In this document: positions 37,111-50,655 of the stretch, in pieces
How the letters are laid out: each line of letters starts with the position of its first letter
Numbering within the stretch: position 1 is the first letter of the stretch
Assembly: GCA_013265495.1 (NCBI GenBank)
Contig: MU057640.1
Span: 939,303 to 1,003,302 of the forward strand
Direction: 5' to 3'
DNA length: 64,000 bases
Origin: Vicugna vicugna
Lineage: Eukaryota
Made by a program: the position numbers and the translations under genes
Notes under the pieces: model-generated
What the model was told of the DNA's origin: nothing
Database searches by the model: none
Seen by the model: only the letters and a program-made list of their open reading frames with translations

Positions 37111-38679
37111 CAGACTTAAACGTCAAGGTCAGGCTAACTGAACTCACACTTGGTAAGTGCTATTTATTGCTTCCCCTCCTCTGCCACTACACGTAGTAAC
37201 AATGAAGCCAAGATGCACTACCAGGCTGTGAAGCCTTATAAAAATTAGAGAAAAGGTGTTTCCTTCTCTTGCTTCTGAAAGAGACATCTCACCCTTAAAA
37301 TCTCAGGACATATCACCCCCAAGATATCTTAAGTGAAAACTAAAGGAAAGCTAAAATTTGGTAAAACCTCTATCATGATGGTACCTAATTTCTCCAGCAC
37401 TTTGAATGGATCCCTGTGTTGGGAAACACTGATCTAGTGCTAGTGTGGACCATCCACAGAAAGCCTCAAAGAGTCTTCTTTTTTCTACCAATAACGGTTC
37501 TTATGTATTACATTCTTCTGCTAGAATTTTTGCACCAGATGTCATTCTTCTCTGTAACAATTGGCTGAAAAGAAAGACGCTGAAGGAATCTGTGTGGTCA
37601 TACATGTAGGCATATGCATGCCCGTGCACACATCTGTGCACAAATTCTTTTGGCTTCTCTTTTTTCTTTTGTCTTCAGCATGTGTGTATGTGCAGGCATG
37701 AGAATGTGCATACATGCATGCGTGTATATATATGTGCACATATGTGTGTCTAATTAAGGAAAACAATGAGGTTTAGACATGTTGGTGTTTCAATAGTCTA
37801 GTTCTAGGCATAATGCAAGCCAATAAGCAAAAACGACCTAGATTTCTTAATTAAAAATGTATAAATATAAGGAATTCTGATGAAGCTTAAAATACTGGCT
37901 CCACCCAATCCAACACAGACAGCTATTCACAGACACATCCAATAAACTCATCCATCTTGTGACTATCTTGCATCTCCAGATATATAGGAAAAAAATTAGT
38001 AAATCTCTTATTAACACCTTAGAGGCTGATCCTTGGGAACTTTTCTCTACCTGTCATAGGTACAAGAGATTATTCTTGATTGGACTATTCTCTATACTAG
38101 GAATGAACAAAGAAAGAGATGAATATATAAATAATTGTACCTTCATGATAACAAAAAGATACATTTTATCATTTTAACTTGAATAATTAAGCTGTAGAAA
38201 TCAACGTTGGCCTAAAGAAATTAAACATAGTCAAGTGAAAATAAGTTAAGGGACTTAAGAGAAATTAAAATTTATATTCTTGCATCTGTGTCTTCCTATA
38301 ATTCAGCTTCCATGGGGATTTTGTGAAAGAGTAACCTCCTTACTCTTTTATGAAAGCTAGAAGAATTTTCACCCTTTAACTTTGGTGCTGCTAGGAAGTG
38401 AAGGGGCAGTTGAAAAAAAAAAAGATGGAAAGATGGGGAAGAGAGGAAAATTTACAAAATATATATAGGATAAATGCAAATTTGCAAATGTTTTGTAATT
38501 TTGGTGATTTCTAAAAAGTATCCACAATGTTTCACTCATATCACTCTTAAAGTCTACTTTGGTCTTTATTCAATAATCTGGATAATGGAGGTACAATAAG
38601 ACCCTTTTGGTGGGCAGAGCCCATTAGTAAAAAGGGGATATATTACAGGTGCAAAAATTCTCCTAATACCCTATCTGTA

Positions 38680-39135
38680 TATTAGCCAGGGAAGGCTAAC
38701 GGCTGTAATAAACAGCCCCCACATCTCAGTGGCTTAATCCTAATAAAAGGTGATTTCTAGTACACATACCAATCAGAGGGCTATTCAAAGGGGCAGCTCT
38801 CTTGGGTGGCTCTCCTCTAAGCCACAAGGCAGGGACCCATTCTCCTTCCATCTAGCAGCTCTATCATCTCCAAGAAGAGTTTCTCAAATGTTAATGTGCA
38901 CAGGTATCACACACTACCTGGGGATCTCACTAAAATGCAAATTCTGAATCTCTCCCCTGGATATTCTGCACCCACAGGCAGAGAAAGAAAAGGAGAAAGA
39001 GTAAATGACTGTGTGGGCAGGACTACATCACTTCCTCCAACATCCCATTGGCCAGTCTCAGTCACATGGCCACACCTAACTGCAAGGGAGGCTGGGTAAT
39101 GTAGACCAACTATGTGTTCAGGAGGAAAAACAGTG
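38680..39135. mobile_element. Old MLT1-like LTR with an internal MER5-like fragment (about 38878-38950)
   Basis: 'gctgtaataaacagcccccacatctcagtggcttaa', 'catcacttcc..catcccattggcca..tcagtcacatggccacacctaactgcaagggaggctggg'. Confidence 0.7.
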
Positions 39136-40043
39136 TTATTAATGGTTAGCTACTTACAATAAGAAAAGAAGCCATAAAGTAAAGAGATTTCAAACATCTA
39201 AATCATTAATCCTTCCTACCTGTAAGCTCAAACCAAATTTATTCAGGAGCAAGAGGAACAATCCTCCTAAATAAGCCATTGTTTCTCTTGAAACTCTGAA
39301 TCCTTAAGTCTAAAGCCTTCATTGTAAATTCTTAAAGCTGTCATAAAACAATGCACCACAAACATAAACTTAAACTTAAGCAAGTCATAAGGGACTGTCC
39401 ACAGTTTCCTCCTCTAGAGATTGGATAAGTAGATTTTCTTCTTAGAAAAGATCTGTATTGTAATCCAAAAAAATTTCTGTTAACCCCTAAAAATAAAGCA
39501 AAATATTCACCCCTTGGATCCAAACAAAAAAGGTATCTCTATGTCATCACTTATTAGAAGAATCAATTCAGAAAGATTAATATGTTCTCCAACCTAAAGG
39601 GAGAGGAAGGGAGAAGTTCAGGGCCTGCAAAAAAAAAAAAAAATTGCTTAGTGGTTGGATTCTGTCTCATCCAAAGAATAACAGCTTCTCAAAAGAGAAC
39701 AGTTAATACATAACAGGTTCACTTCCTGTGCTTGGTGTATATATTGATTCAAAAGTGATCAAGATGCAGCAGTGGGGGGTGGGAAGCCTATCTTCTTGCC
39801 TCAGGTTAAACCACCTGCGAGCCAAGGGGAGTGAGGCTTGGAGGTCATTTAGCCTTGAGAAGGTGGAAGAACAAATTAATTCTGAGCATCACCTGAAAGC
39901 GAAACCACCCTCAGGCAAGGGGGGCTTCCCCTGGGACCCCATGCTTTAGAGGGCTCTGCTGTGGCTCCTCCTCCTCTCAGGGCAAGGAGCCCTAGGCAGC
40001 AGGGGCATGTGCCCTAGTGGACTCCAACTTCCTCCTCTAGACC

Positions 40044-40335
40044 AGCACTTCCCCAGAGAAATGTTAGGGGAGCCGCAAATGTGAGCTAAAGTTGTTAGTA
40101 GTCACATTAGCAAGTAAAAAGGGAACAGGCAAAATTAATTTTGACGATATACTTCATTTAACCCAATATATTCAAAACATCATTCAACACATAATCAATA
40201 TAAAAATATTCATGAGATATTTTATGTTCTTCACTTTTCATGTTAAGTCTTCCACATCCAGCATGTGCTTTACACGTGTAGCACAACTCAAGCAGAGCTC
40301 CATGGCCACGTGTGGGGATGGTCTCTGACAGCACT
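40044..40335. mobile_element. MER33-like hAT-Charlie DNA transposon
   Basis: 'aaaattaattttgacgatatacttcatttaacccaatatattcaaaa...aatcaatataaaaatattcatgagatatttta...ggccacgtgtgg'. Confidence 0.8.
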
Positions 40336-41404
40336 GTTCCAGACTGGGCTCTAGGTCACGGACCCCAGCATTCCCTGCAGACAGGAAGCCATGTCCACTC
40401 CCAGGGCCTGGGGAAGCCTCCTCTGAGCTCATGCTCCGAGGTCTGAGCGGGACCCAAGAGTACTGTTTGAAGGGGGTGTGGGAGGAGCTTCCACATGTAG
40501 TCTGGGTCCCATGAATGCACGCCAGGCCCTGCACAATGCAGGGGTGGGGCAGGGGTGGCTCTCCCTCAGTGCTACTGTGTGCCAAATAAATAAACTGTCC
40601 TTTCTACTGTTGGCTCTTTATATAAAACGCTATAAATCACATCATTACTGGCCCCTCTCATAGGGCTTAGACACTGATCGGCACAGGCAATACTGGCTGC
40701 ATTCCCCTTCTGTACATGACAAATATTATATATTGAGAAAGAGCTCAGTAAGGGTTAGTGATTAATAAGAGAAGTGATATTCAGGCAGCCTGTGCTGGTA
40801 CAGCTATACTGTGATAAATAAGTGATGAAACTTACTTCACCACTTTTTATCACTTATACTGTGATAAGCAATGAAAATATGTCTTTAATGGTGAGTAAAT
40901 ATAATTGTCCTGAGCTCCCTCAGAGTCCTCCATCACTGCCACTCAGATCCCTTCCCCATCCTCAATGCGTGAACACCAGGCACAGCCAGGATCTTCCAGG
41001 CTGGTGCTCCAACAGGACCAGAGTCTCTGATCAACACCCCTGCTGTACAGACTGCTCCTTATTCCAATGATCACCCTTAGCTATTTACCATTAGCTACTG
41101 CATTTTGCATATCCTGACCCATTTCTCCTTTCGATAATGATTTAGTTTACTTGCAATAAACAAATGGTCCTTATTTCATATTGACTGTCAATTAAATTTC
41201 TGGAATAAGGATTCTGTTTTACCACTGATGTGCCCTAAAGTTTTGTTAGTTGTTACAATGGTTGGGATAAGGAAAGATAAAGCAAGAAGGTCAGAGGAAT
41301 CACCTGGCATGCAGTGAATTCTCCTCTGCAGAGTACTGTTATGTAGAAATACAGATATAATCAATACGAAATCACTGTTCAGTGTTCAGACAGCACAGAG
41401 GACA

Positions 41405-41957
41405 GAGTCCAGGGTGGTCCTCAATAGTCCACATTTCTTGGAATTCATGCACCTGTGTAATGCTCTCCCTTGGGTGTAGACAGGAACTGTGACTTGCTTC
41501 CAATGAACTAAATATGACAAAGGGGCTGGGATGTCACTTCTGTGACTCCATTAAATGGACCTGTAACTCCTGTCTTGCTAGCAGACTCCCTTCCTTGCTG
41601 GCTTTGATGAGCCAAGTTGCCATGATGGGGAGGACCATTCAGTGAGGAACTGAGGGTGGTCTCTGGCATACAGCCAGCTGGGACCTGAGGGACTTCAGTC
41701 CAACAGCCCTAAGGGAGCTAAATTCTGCTAACAACTATGTAAACGGGCTTACATGTGGCTCATCCCCAGTCAAGCTTTTAGATAGGACGTCCGTCCTGTA
41801 CGATTCCTGGATGGTGGCCTCGTGAGTCCCCCTGAAGCAGAGGACTCAGTTAAGCCATGCCCAGATTCCTGACCCATGGATGCTGTCAGATCATAAATGT
41901 GTTTTGTGTTAAGCATCTTTGTGGTACTTTGTTATACAGCCATAGAGAGCTAACACA
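41405..41957 (+). mobile_element. MaLR MLT1 solo LTR
   Basis: 'cctgtgtaatgctctccct...gtgacttgcttccaatg...tgctggctttgatga...ctgaagcagaggactcagttaagccatgcccagattcctgacc...ttgttatacagc'. Confidence 0.85.
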
Positions 41958-42728
41958 GTTAGCAAATGTGCTTTGGCTGAAATGTACAAAAATGCGTGTA
42001 TACACATGTACACACATATAAATCTGTGTATGTGTAGAAAACTTCTGGAATAAGCAACTCTTACCAGGCAGTCCCTTGAGAGAAAGAGACAGATCCCGAG
42101 GGAGAGAAGAAAAATTTTACTTTGCTTAACCTTTTGTATTACTTTAGTTTTGTTGCTGTGTTCATGTTTTAGATTTATAAATTTAAAAAAAATCTAGCTT
42201 AAATGTACAATAATAGGTTTGAGATCATTTTTATTCCAAAAAATATTATGTGCCCAAGAAAATATTTTGATTTTTCGAACTTCAATCCTGTATTTCTAAC
42301 CAGGATCAGGTGATTAAGCCAATAAAACATGAGTCCAATAGCTCTGATGCACTAGTTTTGCAAGAAGGGGACCCTCAAGGGACTAGCCTTGTTGATCTTG
42401 GGGCAGGAGCCCTGGTGAGTGGGGGCAGGGTGTGCCTTAAAGGACCCGGACTGAGTTAGGGAGAAGGTACTGGGGTTCACCTTTTGGTTTTTCAGATGAT
42501 GCTTTGAACCTGCTTGACACCTCTGCACCTCCACTTCCTTTCTAAGAACAAGCAGCAGGAACTGTCTTTTCAGGCCACTACACCCAATAAATAAACACTC
42601 TCCATTTAAAACAAATTCTCTCTTTCAAAGTGGCATTCATCTGAAATGTGCAAGTGGACTGGTGAGGAATTGAAAGAAGTTAAATTACTGAATTGAAAGC
42701 AGTGCCCAACATTGAAAACAGTACCTGG

Positions 42729-42773
42729 CAAAAAAAAAAAACAAAAAACAAAACACACACACACACACACACA
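42729..42773. repeat. A-rich tract followed by (CA)n
   Basis: Directly visible. Confidence 0.9.
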
Positions 42774-44687
42774 GAATGATCTGATAGACAATGAATGAAA
42801 AAGCATTAAATGAGTCCAGCTTCCAGGCCTTGAAAACTGCCACCAAAAATTAGGTAGAAAAAAACATTGACCACAAACTGAGAACATGTGACAAGGAAGG
42901 AACTAGATCAGTGGGAGTCTGGAGGGTGATCGCTGCCCCCACCATCTGTGTCACATCTGCTAGAATCAATAGGTCTACAGAAAAGGGTGGGGTTTTTTCC
43001 TTTGCTATCAGATAGCATTTTCAAATTGTGAGATGGACCCACTCCTACCAATCCTTTCTGACCTCAAACCTTAAGAGTGGCTCCTATGTTTCCGTCGATT
43101 TCTCAGGCCTCCCTCCGCCTTTGGTCTGCTTCTGAAGTCCGTCATAAACAGGCTTCTGTAATACTCGGCGAGCTAGTGTCACCATTCAGTGACATCTTCC
43201 CCATTCAGACAGTTCCTGAATTGGGAAGCCCCTCGGTGTGTGGAAGAACATAATTCCCTACTCTCTCTTCCATATAAGTTTATGAGTCTGTATTCAGGAT
43301 TAACACTGAGAAAATAAGGACCTAGAGAAAGGGGGTCACAAATATAACAAATGATTGGAAGCCCTTGAATTCCACTCATCTACATGTTTTTGAAAATAAG
43401 CAATACAGTAAAAGAAACAGAAAACTACAACAGAAGTGAAGGTTTTGAAGGCAGGAGACAATGGAAGTAACAGAGACAAGGGAATTATCTGACCATCAGT
43501 TAAAAAACAGTAACGTATGTTAAGGTCTGTCTGTCTGTCTCTCTCAAAAATGGGGCTAGAAGGAGGGGTGGTTTGAAGGAACCTGCACAGGAAACACAAA
43601 TGTTAAAACACTCAAATCAGTTACTGTGGATTAACTCTAGGATCTCTGTGTCCTCTAAGGAGCTTGGATAAATTCAGTAATACAGGGAGTTCATACAAAG
43701 AGGCTTCCTAGAATGTGTGACAAATTTACATCAGTGCATCATGACACTCAGCATAGCAGGCATTGCTGGAAAGGGTTTTAACTTCCAAAACAACACCCTG
43801 TCAGCAGAGGACAGGCCCGTCTGTGGATTTCAGAGGACCAGAGGACCAGGCAAAACGAGGAGAGACTCTGAGCAGACCCGACACCAGGGAGAGCCCATGC
43901 CGGTGGCTGGCTGCCGGGCCTCCTCACACACGCGGCTCAGCCCAGCGCAGTTGCTCTTTTCAGCAATATTTTCAGAAAACGAAGGGCTGGCATTTGTAAA
44001 CATGCTGCTTGGGTGGAAAGATGCCCATGCACTAAGCAAGCTGTAAAAACCCATGTGGGACATTTTGCCAGAACAAAACACGAGACCACAACAAATAAAA
44101 GCAGGGCCCTCAAGGAAACCTAGCAACATGCTTTCAAATCATGAGCTCAGACACAGCTATTTGTTGTAAAGCATAACTGCCTGCAGCTGGGGTGGAGGGA
44201 GACCATACTGCGCATCATGGGTGAGGACAGGCTTTAAAAAACTACGGCACTTTGTGTTTCCTCACGGTGATTCACTGAACTGCTTCATTCCTCCTCTTCG
44301 CACGCTGTTCTCCTTAAGCCAATCTACATGTCTGGTCAATGTCCTCCCAAAGCTGTCCTTGAATCTCCAGGCTGGAGCACATACACAGGATGTGATGCCT
44401 CCTTGCCTGAGTCGGACTCCCGTTCTAGGCTTGGTGAGCAGCCCAAGGTGAGGGTCCTGGCTTCTTTAGAGTTTTTCTAAGAAGTCTAGCATGGTTCCCA
44501 GCTCCTTGTCGAAACTCACAAAGCTTTAGTAGAGCTACCACTAGGTGCCCCTGAGACAGAGGAGGTGGACCTATAAGGAGATCTCACCTTCCTGGTCCCA
44601 CCCCAGCCCTAGTTGGCTGCTCACGCCATGTTCTCTTCATACATTTGCAAATCTACCCTGAATTTATGAATAGAAAATAAATGACTT

Positions 44688-44795
44688 GGCTATATACCTA
44701 AAACTAACACAACATTGTAATTCAACTACACTTCAATTAAAAAAGAGAAAGAAAGAAAAAACAGAAAATTTATTTTCAGAAAAAAAAAAAGAAAA
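44688..44795 (+). mobile_element. L1 extreme 3' tip with A-rich tail
   Basis: 'gctatatacctaaaactaacacaacattgtaattcaactacacttcaattaaaaaa'. Confidence 0.8.
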
Positions 44796-45043
44796 GACAT
44801 GACAACAATCAGGGTCATCCAGCACCTTATCAGGCCTGATGGAAAATAACTTCAAACATGTTACATTTGTTAAGATTCTAGAATAAAAAATAGTTACAAA
44901 TTTACATCATTATTTATTCAAAATGTATCTCTACGACTTGAGTTATCACCATTCATTTCAAGATAGATAAAAAGGGGAAAAAGGAAGGGAAGAAGAGAGG
45001 GCAGGGTTAAGTCGGGAAACATCCCACTTCTGGCAAAGGAACC

Positions 45044-45392
45044 TTTTTTTTAATTGAAGTATACTCAGTTTTCAATGTTCCGTCAATTTCTGGTGTATAG
45101 CACAATGCTTCAGTCGTACGTATACATACATACAGTCCTTTTCATATTCTTTTTTGTTATAGGGTACTAAGATATTGAATATAGTTCCCTGTGCTATACA
45201 GTAGAACCTTGTTGTTAAGCTATTTTATATATAGTAGTTCCTATCTGCAAACCTCGAACTCCCAGTTTATCCCTTCCCATCCCCTTCCCCCATCCCCCAT
45301 AACCATAAGTGTGTTTTCTGTGTGTGAGTCCGTTTTGTAAATAAGTTCATTTGTGTGTTTTTTTAAGGTTCCACATTTGAGTGATATATGGC
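45044..45392 (-). mobile_element. L1 3' end
   Basis: 'ttttaattgaagtata...gttccctgtgctatacagtag...aaataagttcatttgtgt...ttccacat'. Confidence 0.9.
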
Positions 45393-46130
45393 AATTCTGT
45401 TTTGGATCCCAGAACCGCATCATGCTGCTTCATAACTATGGGCTACTTGCTCAGTCTTTCTGAGGTTCAATCTCCTCATCTATAAAAGGGAACATATCTT
45501 TATATCTAAGGGTTGTGCTGCGGATTTGAGGGAGGGGCTGATTCACTCCAGGTGCCGGACGCAGACAGTCTCTAACCATGAATTCCAGGTCCTGTTCTCT
45601 CCTCCCTCTTTTCCCTGTGCCCTCCCCCAGGGCTGGTCAGCCAGGGGGCTGCAGGGAACATCCTGAGAGCAGCCGGAATGAAATATTCCATCTGAGTTTT
45701 ACTTGATACAATGAGTACAACAAACAACCTGCAAATCAAAGACTTAGTTTTCTTTTTTACGACCACAGAGCCACAGAGTTCTGAAACCCTGTGCCCACAG
45801 GCAGATAACGCCTACCCTCTCCTGGGCTGTCCTGTATTCTCCTAAGAAAGTTTCTTTGCATAAAAGAATACAAAATGCTACAAATGAAAAGGCAGGCTGG
45901 AAACAAGGAGGGGTAGGAGAGGACAGGTTTAATAAATCAGCTTCCTGGCTAGAACAGGTCTTTTTTTTTCCCTAAAACTTTCTTAGGTGACCAACCACCA
46001 ACACATTGAATGTTTTCATCACATTTACCTCCTGCTTTTCACCCGTTCCTCCTGCCACCCGCCCCCCAACCCAGAAAAGAGTAATAGCCCATGTCTCAAC
46101 TGGTCCTTGAGCAGAAACTTTCTCTTCCCC

Positions 46131-46305
46131 TATTTTCTTTTCTTTTTTTATATTTTTTATTGAGTTATAATCATTTTACAATGTGGTGTCAAATTCCAGT
46201 GTAGAGCACAATTTTTCAGTTATACATGAACATACATATATTCATTGTCACGTTTTTCTTTCACTGTGAGCTACCACAAGATCTTGTATATATTTCCCTG
46301 TGCTA
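46131..46305 (-). mobile_element. Young camelid-type L1 3' end
   Basis: Close reverse-complement match to the element at 55856-56091 ('cacaatttttcagttatacatgaacatacatatattcattgtcac...ctgtgagctaccacaagatcttgtatata'). Confidence 0.9.
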
Positions 46306-47875
46306 GGGATTTGAAAGTTTCTACAACTGCAGTTTTGCTTAAATCCAAGTGTCCCTCACCTGGGCTTCCCCCAAGATCTCCAGTTTTCTAGGCATTATGA
46401 TTCATGCATTTATTTTTAATGGCTCAAATGAAACCCTCACCAATCTCACATACTTGCAGGAGTCCGGTACCCTCTTCACAAGTTCTGTGGATTCCTGGCA
46501 GGTTTATTGTCTCTGTCATCTGCGATTTTGATTTGTGGGTCCCACTGAATGTTATTTGCATTTCAGCTCCTATAGTCATTCTCTTTTGCCGCCTCAAACT
46601 AATATAGAAACCATCTGAGTTCTAATTTCCCAGAAATAAGTCCCTCATATGTACAGTAGGCTTTTGTGAAGGTTTTGGGGAGGGTGGTGGACAGAAGTTA
46701 GAAACCAGCAAAGCTCGGTAATAATTAAGCATTACTGTCCTGCTGTCCTGTCCCCCACCTTAGGGACGATCTCCTGTCCGAGCTCCTCAGTCCCCTGCTC
46801 CAGACATCATGCTGCCCAGACCCACATTCTCATCATATGTTGCCCCTCATCTCTCCACTCCCCAGAACTCATTAAATTCTTCCCACTTCATTTTGCAAAG
46901 TAATCCGGACTTATGTCTATTCTGAAGCATCCTTCCAGACCACACTGCAGGGACTGGAGGCGGACCAGGGTCCATGCCTTTCACACTCCAGAAAGTCCAT
47001 CAAAGGTATTTACCTAAGAAACAAGTTGAAATAAATCCAACCCTTCCTTCTGAGTAACAGAAAAGCAATCCCCCACACTAATTAGGCATTGTATGCTGGT
47101 TAATGTAAATGAACAATGTCAAGCGCATACAAGTGCCAATTACGGGCTATATCCTAGGCAAAGTTTTGATTCTTGAAATTTCACATCACTCAAAGTTCAC
47201 AGCAGCATTCTGCTCTGCTATTAGCCTTGCCCTTGAGGATACTATAAAAACACAGTGGAAGAGATGAGAAGAAGAACAAAAGAGATGGAACCATTTGAAG
47301 TCAAATACCCTGGGTAGGATCGCTTACTCCCCCTGGGCTTCCCACAGAACTTAAGAACGAGAGGCAAACAAAGAAAACAGAAGCAGCGCGTACAGTGGAA
47401 GAAAGAGCTCACGCTTTTCCTCATTCACGGTCCCAGCACTCTAGTTGGTAGATACGGTCAAATAGTTCGATTCAAGCAAGACTGGCCGTGAACACGACTC
47501 TCTGTGGAAGACATCGTCACTCAGCAATCCCGTAGTTTTGTTAATTGCTAAGGTTGGGGCAGGGGAGGGCCCAGAATGACATGCAGAAACCTTGTGGAAA
47601 AGGAATATTTCAGCAATGACCTCACCACAGTGTCTTCCTTGAGCCTCCCTAAGTCCATGGCACCGGCACGGAAGATCCTACCTGGCCTCCTCCAACATTG
47701 GCTCTGGGGTCAGAATTGAGAGAAATAAGCAGAATTCACACACACTCTTTCACAGTCCACTGTGATACTTACAAAACTTCCACTAAACAAGGGAAGGTCT
47801 ACATCTATTACCACCACCTCCTCTTGTATTTATTTACCTGCTGCCATCCTTGGATCCTGCAAATGCTGCAAAATA

Positions 47876-48273
47876 GGTTTTTATCAGTTCCCTAGGGCCA
47901 CCATGACAAAGTAGCACAAAGTGGCTTAAACCACAGAATGCATTTTTCACAGTTCTGGAGACCGGAAGTCCAAGATCAAGGTGTTGGCAGGTTTGGTTTC
48001 CTCTGAGGCTTCTCCTCTTCCCTTGGCTTACAGATGGCCACCTCCTCACTGTGACATCACATGACCTCATCTTTGGGCACACACATCCCTGGTGTCACTC
48101 TATGTGCCCAAATTTCATCTTCTTATACAGATACCAGTCAGATTGAATTAGGGCTCATCCTAACTTAATCACCTCTTTAAAGGCCCTATCTACAAATACA
48201 GTCACATTCTGAGGTACTCGGGGTTGTGGGCTTCAACATATGCATTTCCGGGGAACACAAACCAGCCCCTAAC
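47876..48273 (-). mobile_element. MaLR MLT1A/B-like solo LTR
   Basis: 'gtggcttaaac..cacagttctggagaccggaagtccaagatcaaggtgttggcagg...aaatacagtcacattctgaggtact'. Confidence 0.9.
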
Positions 48274-49649
48274 AGTGGTCCAGGTAAATAACTCACCAAC
48301 AGAACTGAGTCTTTCTCCACCTGACACCACCTCCGTCCATTTCTGCCACGTGTAATTAGACAACAGGAATCATTTGTAAACCAAATAGTAGTCTCCTCTG
48401 GCATTTGATGCCTCTTTTATATATCTATTTGCTTCCAGTTTTATAAAGTTGTTTTGATGATGAGGGCAGAAAGAAGGAGCTGTAATTCTGCCTTTATTAA
48501 AGCACACTGGGTTTGTTGAAAATCACTTCTCTTCTTGTACCAGAGTTCAATGGGCTTTGAGCTATAATAAAGGTATTCTCAGTTGCCCAGGGAGGTGGTG
48601 TAGATTATACCTAAGCTTTTGATTCAGTTGAACATCTGTCATTACTGAGCACCAACTATGTCCCAGGCATTATTGAGCTCTCTAGTACAAGGCTAAGTCG
48701 GTCTCAGTGCTTACCCACTAGTTGGCGCATATTCCAGTGGGTACAAAACACATGCATAAAGAACTATACATACTTTGTATGGTTAAAAAAATAATTTTAT
48801 AAAGCACTTTAAATTGAATTTAAATTTTTGAAATTAGCAAGATTGGTCAACTTTACAGACATCTGCAACATTCCAAGTCGGCAATACACGGTCATATTGG
48901 TGACATCACCCTTCAGCCCTGCCTCATCACTAAGAGATGCTGACTTCTCCCCAGTTATTTTTGTTGTCCATGCTTGAGGATGCAATAAGAACCCTGGTAA
49001 GGACCACACTTCGGAGAACAGGGAGGAACTTCATTTCCGCTCAGTGCACTGAGTCTCATTGGGGGTCCTAGAATAAATATCACCGGCTGTATCTGTATGT
49101 TGAGCCTTGGAAACCAAACCCTTACATGGGGGTCGGCTGGCAGAGCCAGCATAGGATGGGGAAACCCGAGGCAACTCAGTTCCACGTATCTGATATAGGA
49201 AGCCATCGCATTCAAAGACTACCTTTACTATCAAATAGCCAAGAAGGGTTCAAGGTACAGCCTCCTGAACAGTGTTACAACCCGTGACGCACTGACCAAA
49301 AGGCACAGTTTTTCTTTGAAATCCTTCTCCCTCAACGACTGCCTCTTTGATCATTTCTCGGGATCAGAACACCCTTGTTCTGTCCCAAGGCCATCCTACA
49401 GTAGCCCATTCTTTGACCTCACCTTCCAGGGGAAAAACCTGTCAGTCTGGAGTTCTTCTTCTCTTCAGTAGGCGTGCTCAGCAGTGAGAGAGAATTTAAG
49501 CACCCTGCCATACGCCCTGGGATGGTTCACCCCGTGCTCTTTGAGCCTTATCTGTCAAATAGAACTAATCCCTCTTACTCCACAGGGTTGTTTTAATGGC
49601 AAAGAAGAAAACAAGGATGTGCTCGGTGATTCATAAGACATTATAACAG

Positions 49650-49900
49650 TGGCAACAATAGTAAGAGCAGCTAACGCTGGCTGGAAGCCGACTGCAGACG
49701 AGGCACTTTGTGTGGATTAGCTCGTTTATCCTCTAAACAACCCTATAAGCAGGTGCTACTATTATGCCCATTGTTCAGATGAAGGAAAAAATCAGAGAGG
49801 TTGAATCATTTGCCGAAGGTTGCACAGAGACAAAGGGGCAGAGCTGGGATTCAAAGCCAGGCAGACTAGCTCCAGAGCCCTGGTCATTTCCCACAACGTT
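49650..49900 (-). mobile_element. MIR SINE
   Basis: 'acaaccctataagcaggtgctactattatgcccattgttcagatga...tcagagaggttgaatcatttgccgaaggt...cagagctgggattcaaagccaggcag'. Confidence 0.85.
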
Positions 49901-50257
49901 CTACAGGATTTTCTCAACATTCTGTCCTTGGTGCTCAGGCTAGGGTCCCTAGCTAGTGATCACACGTTACTACTTGACCATTACTAGGTGAACAGATTCA
50001 CTCAGGAGTTCATGGCTGCTATTTTCATTCCTCTTATGTGAATGGAGTGCATGTTTACAGAAATTATATTAAAACACTGCTTTATTCAACCAAGTCATTC
50101 CAGTAATGGGATAACAGGCACCAAGAGATGACGAACATAATTTGGGGCAGATAGTGGTAGAGGAGGGTGTGGCTGGGTCTTGAAATACCTCTTCATAGAG
50201 CCAGTAATTACCTAAATGTAAGGCCCTAAAAGAGAAAGTCTCCAAAAAGACTGAATT

Positions 50258-50655
50258 TTATGGACTGAACTGTGCCCCCCTCCCCAAAATCCATGTTGAT
50301 GTCCTAAACCCCTGGTGCCCCTGGAATGTGACCATATTTGGGGACAAAGTCTTTATAGAGGCAATTCAACTAAAATGAGGTCACTAGGATGGTCCCTAAT
50401 CCAATAGGACTGGTGTCCTTATAAGAATAGGAGATTTGGACACATACAGAAAGAAGACAGTGAGAAGACGGCCATTAGCAAGCCAAGTGGAAAGACCTGG
50501 CACAGATCCTTGCCTTATGGCCCTTGAAGGAACCAACGGTGCCAACACCTTGATCTCAGACTACCAGCCTCCAGAAGTGACAGAACATAAACTTCTGTTG
50601 TTTAAGCCACTTAGTCCGTGGTACTTTGCTACGGCAGCCTTGGCAAACTAATACA
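50258..50655 (+). mobile_element. MaLR MLT1A/B-like solo LTR
   Basis: 'tatggactgaactgtgcccccc...gaatgtgacc..atttgggg...ccctaatccaataggactggtgtccttataag...gtttaagccac...gcagccttggcaaactaataca'. Confidence 0.9.

Noticed and set aside
48715..48730. CTCF-like motifs (also near 34637 and 35957)
   Set aside because: Each mismatches a core position, and two lie in or next to L2 remnants
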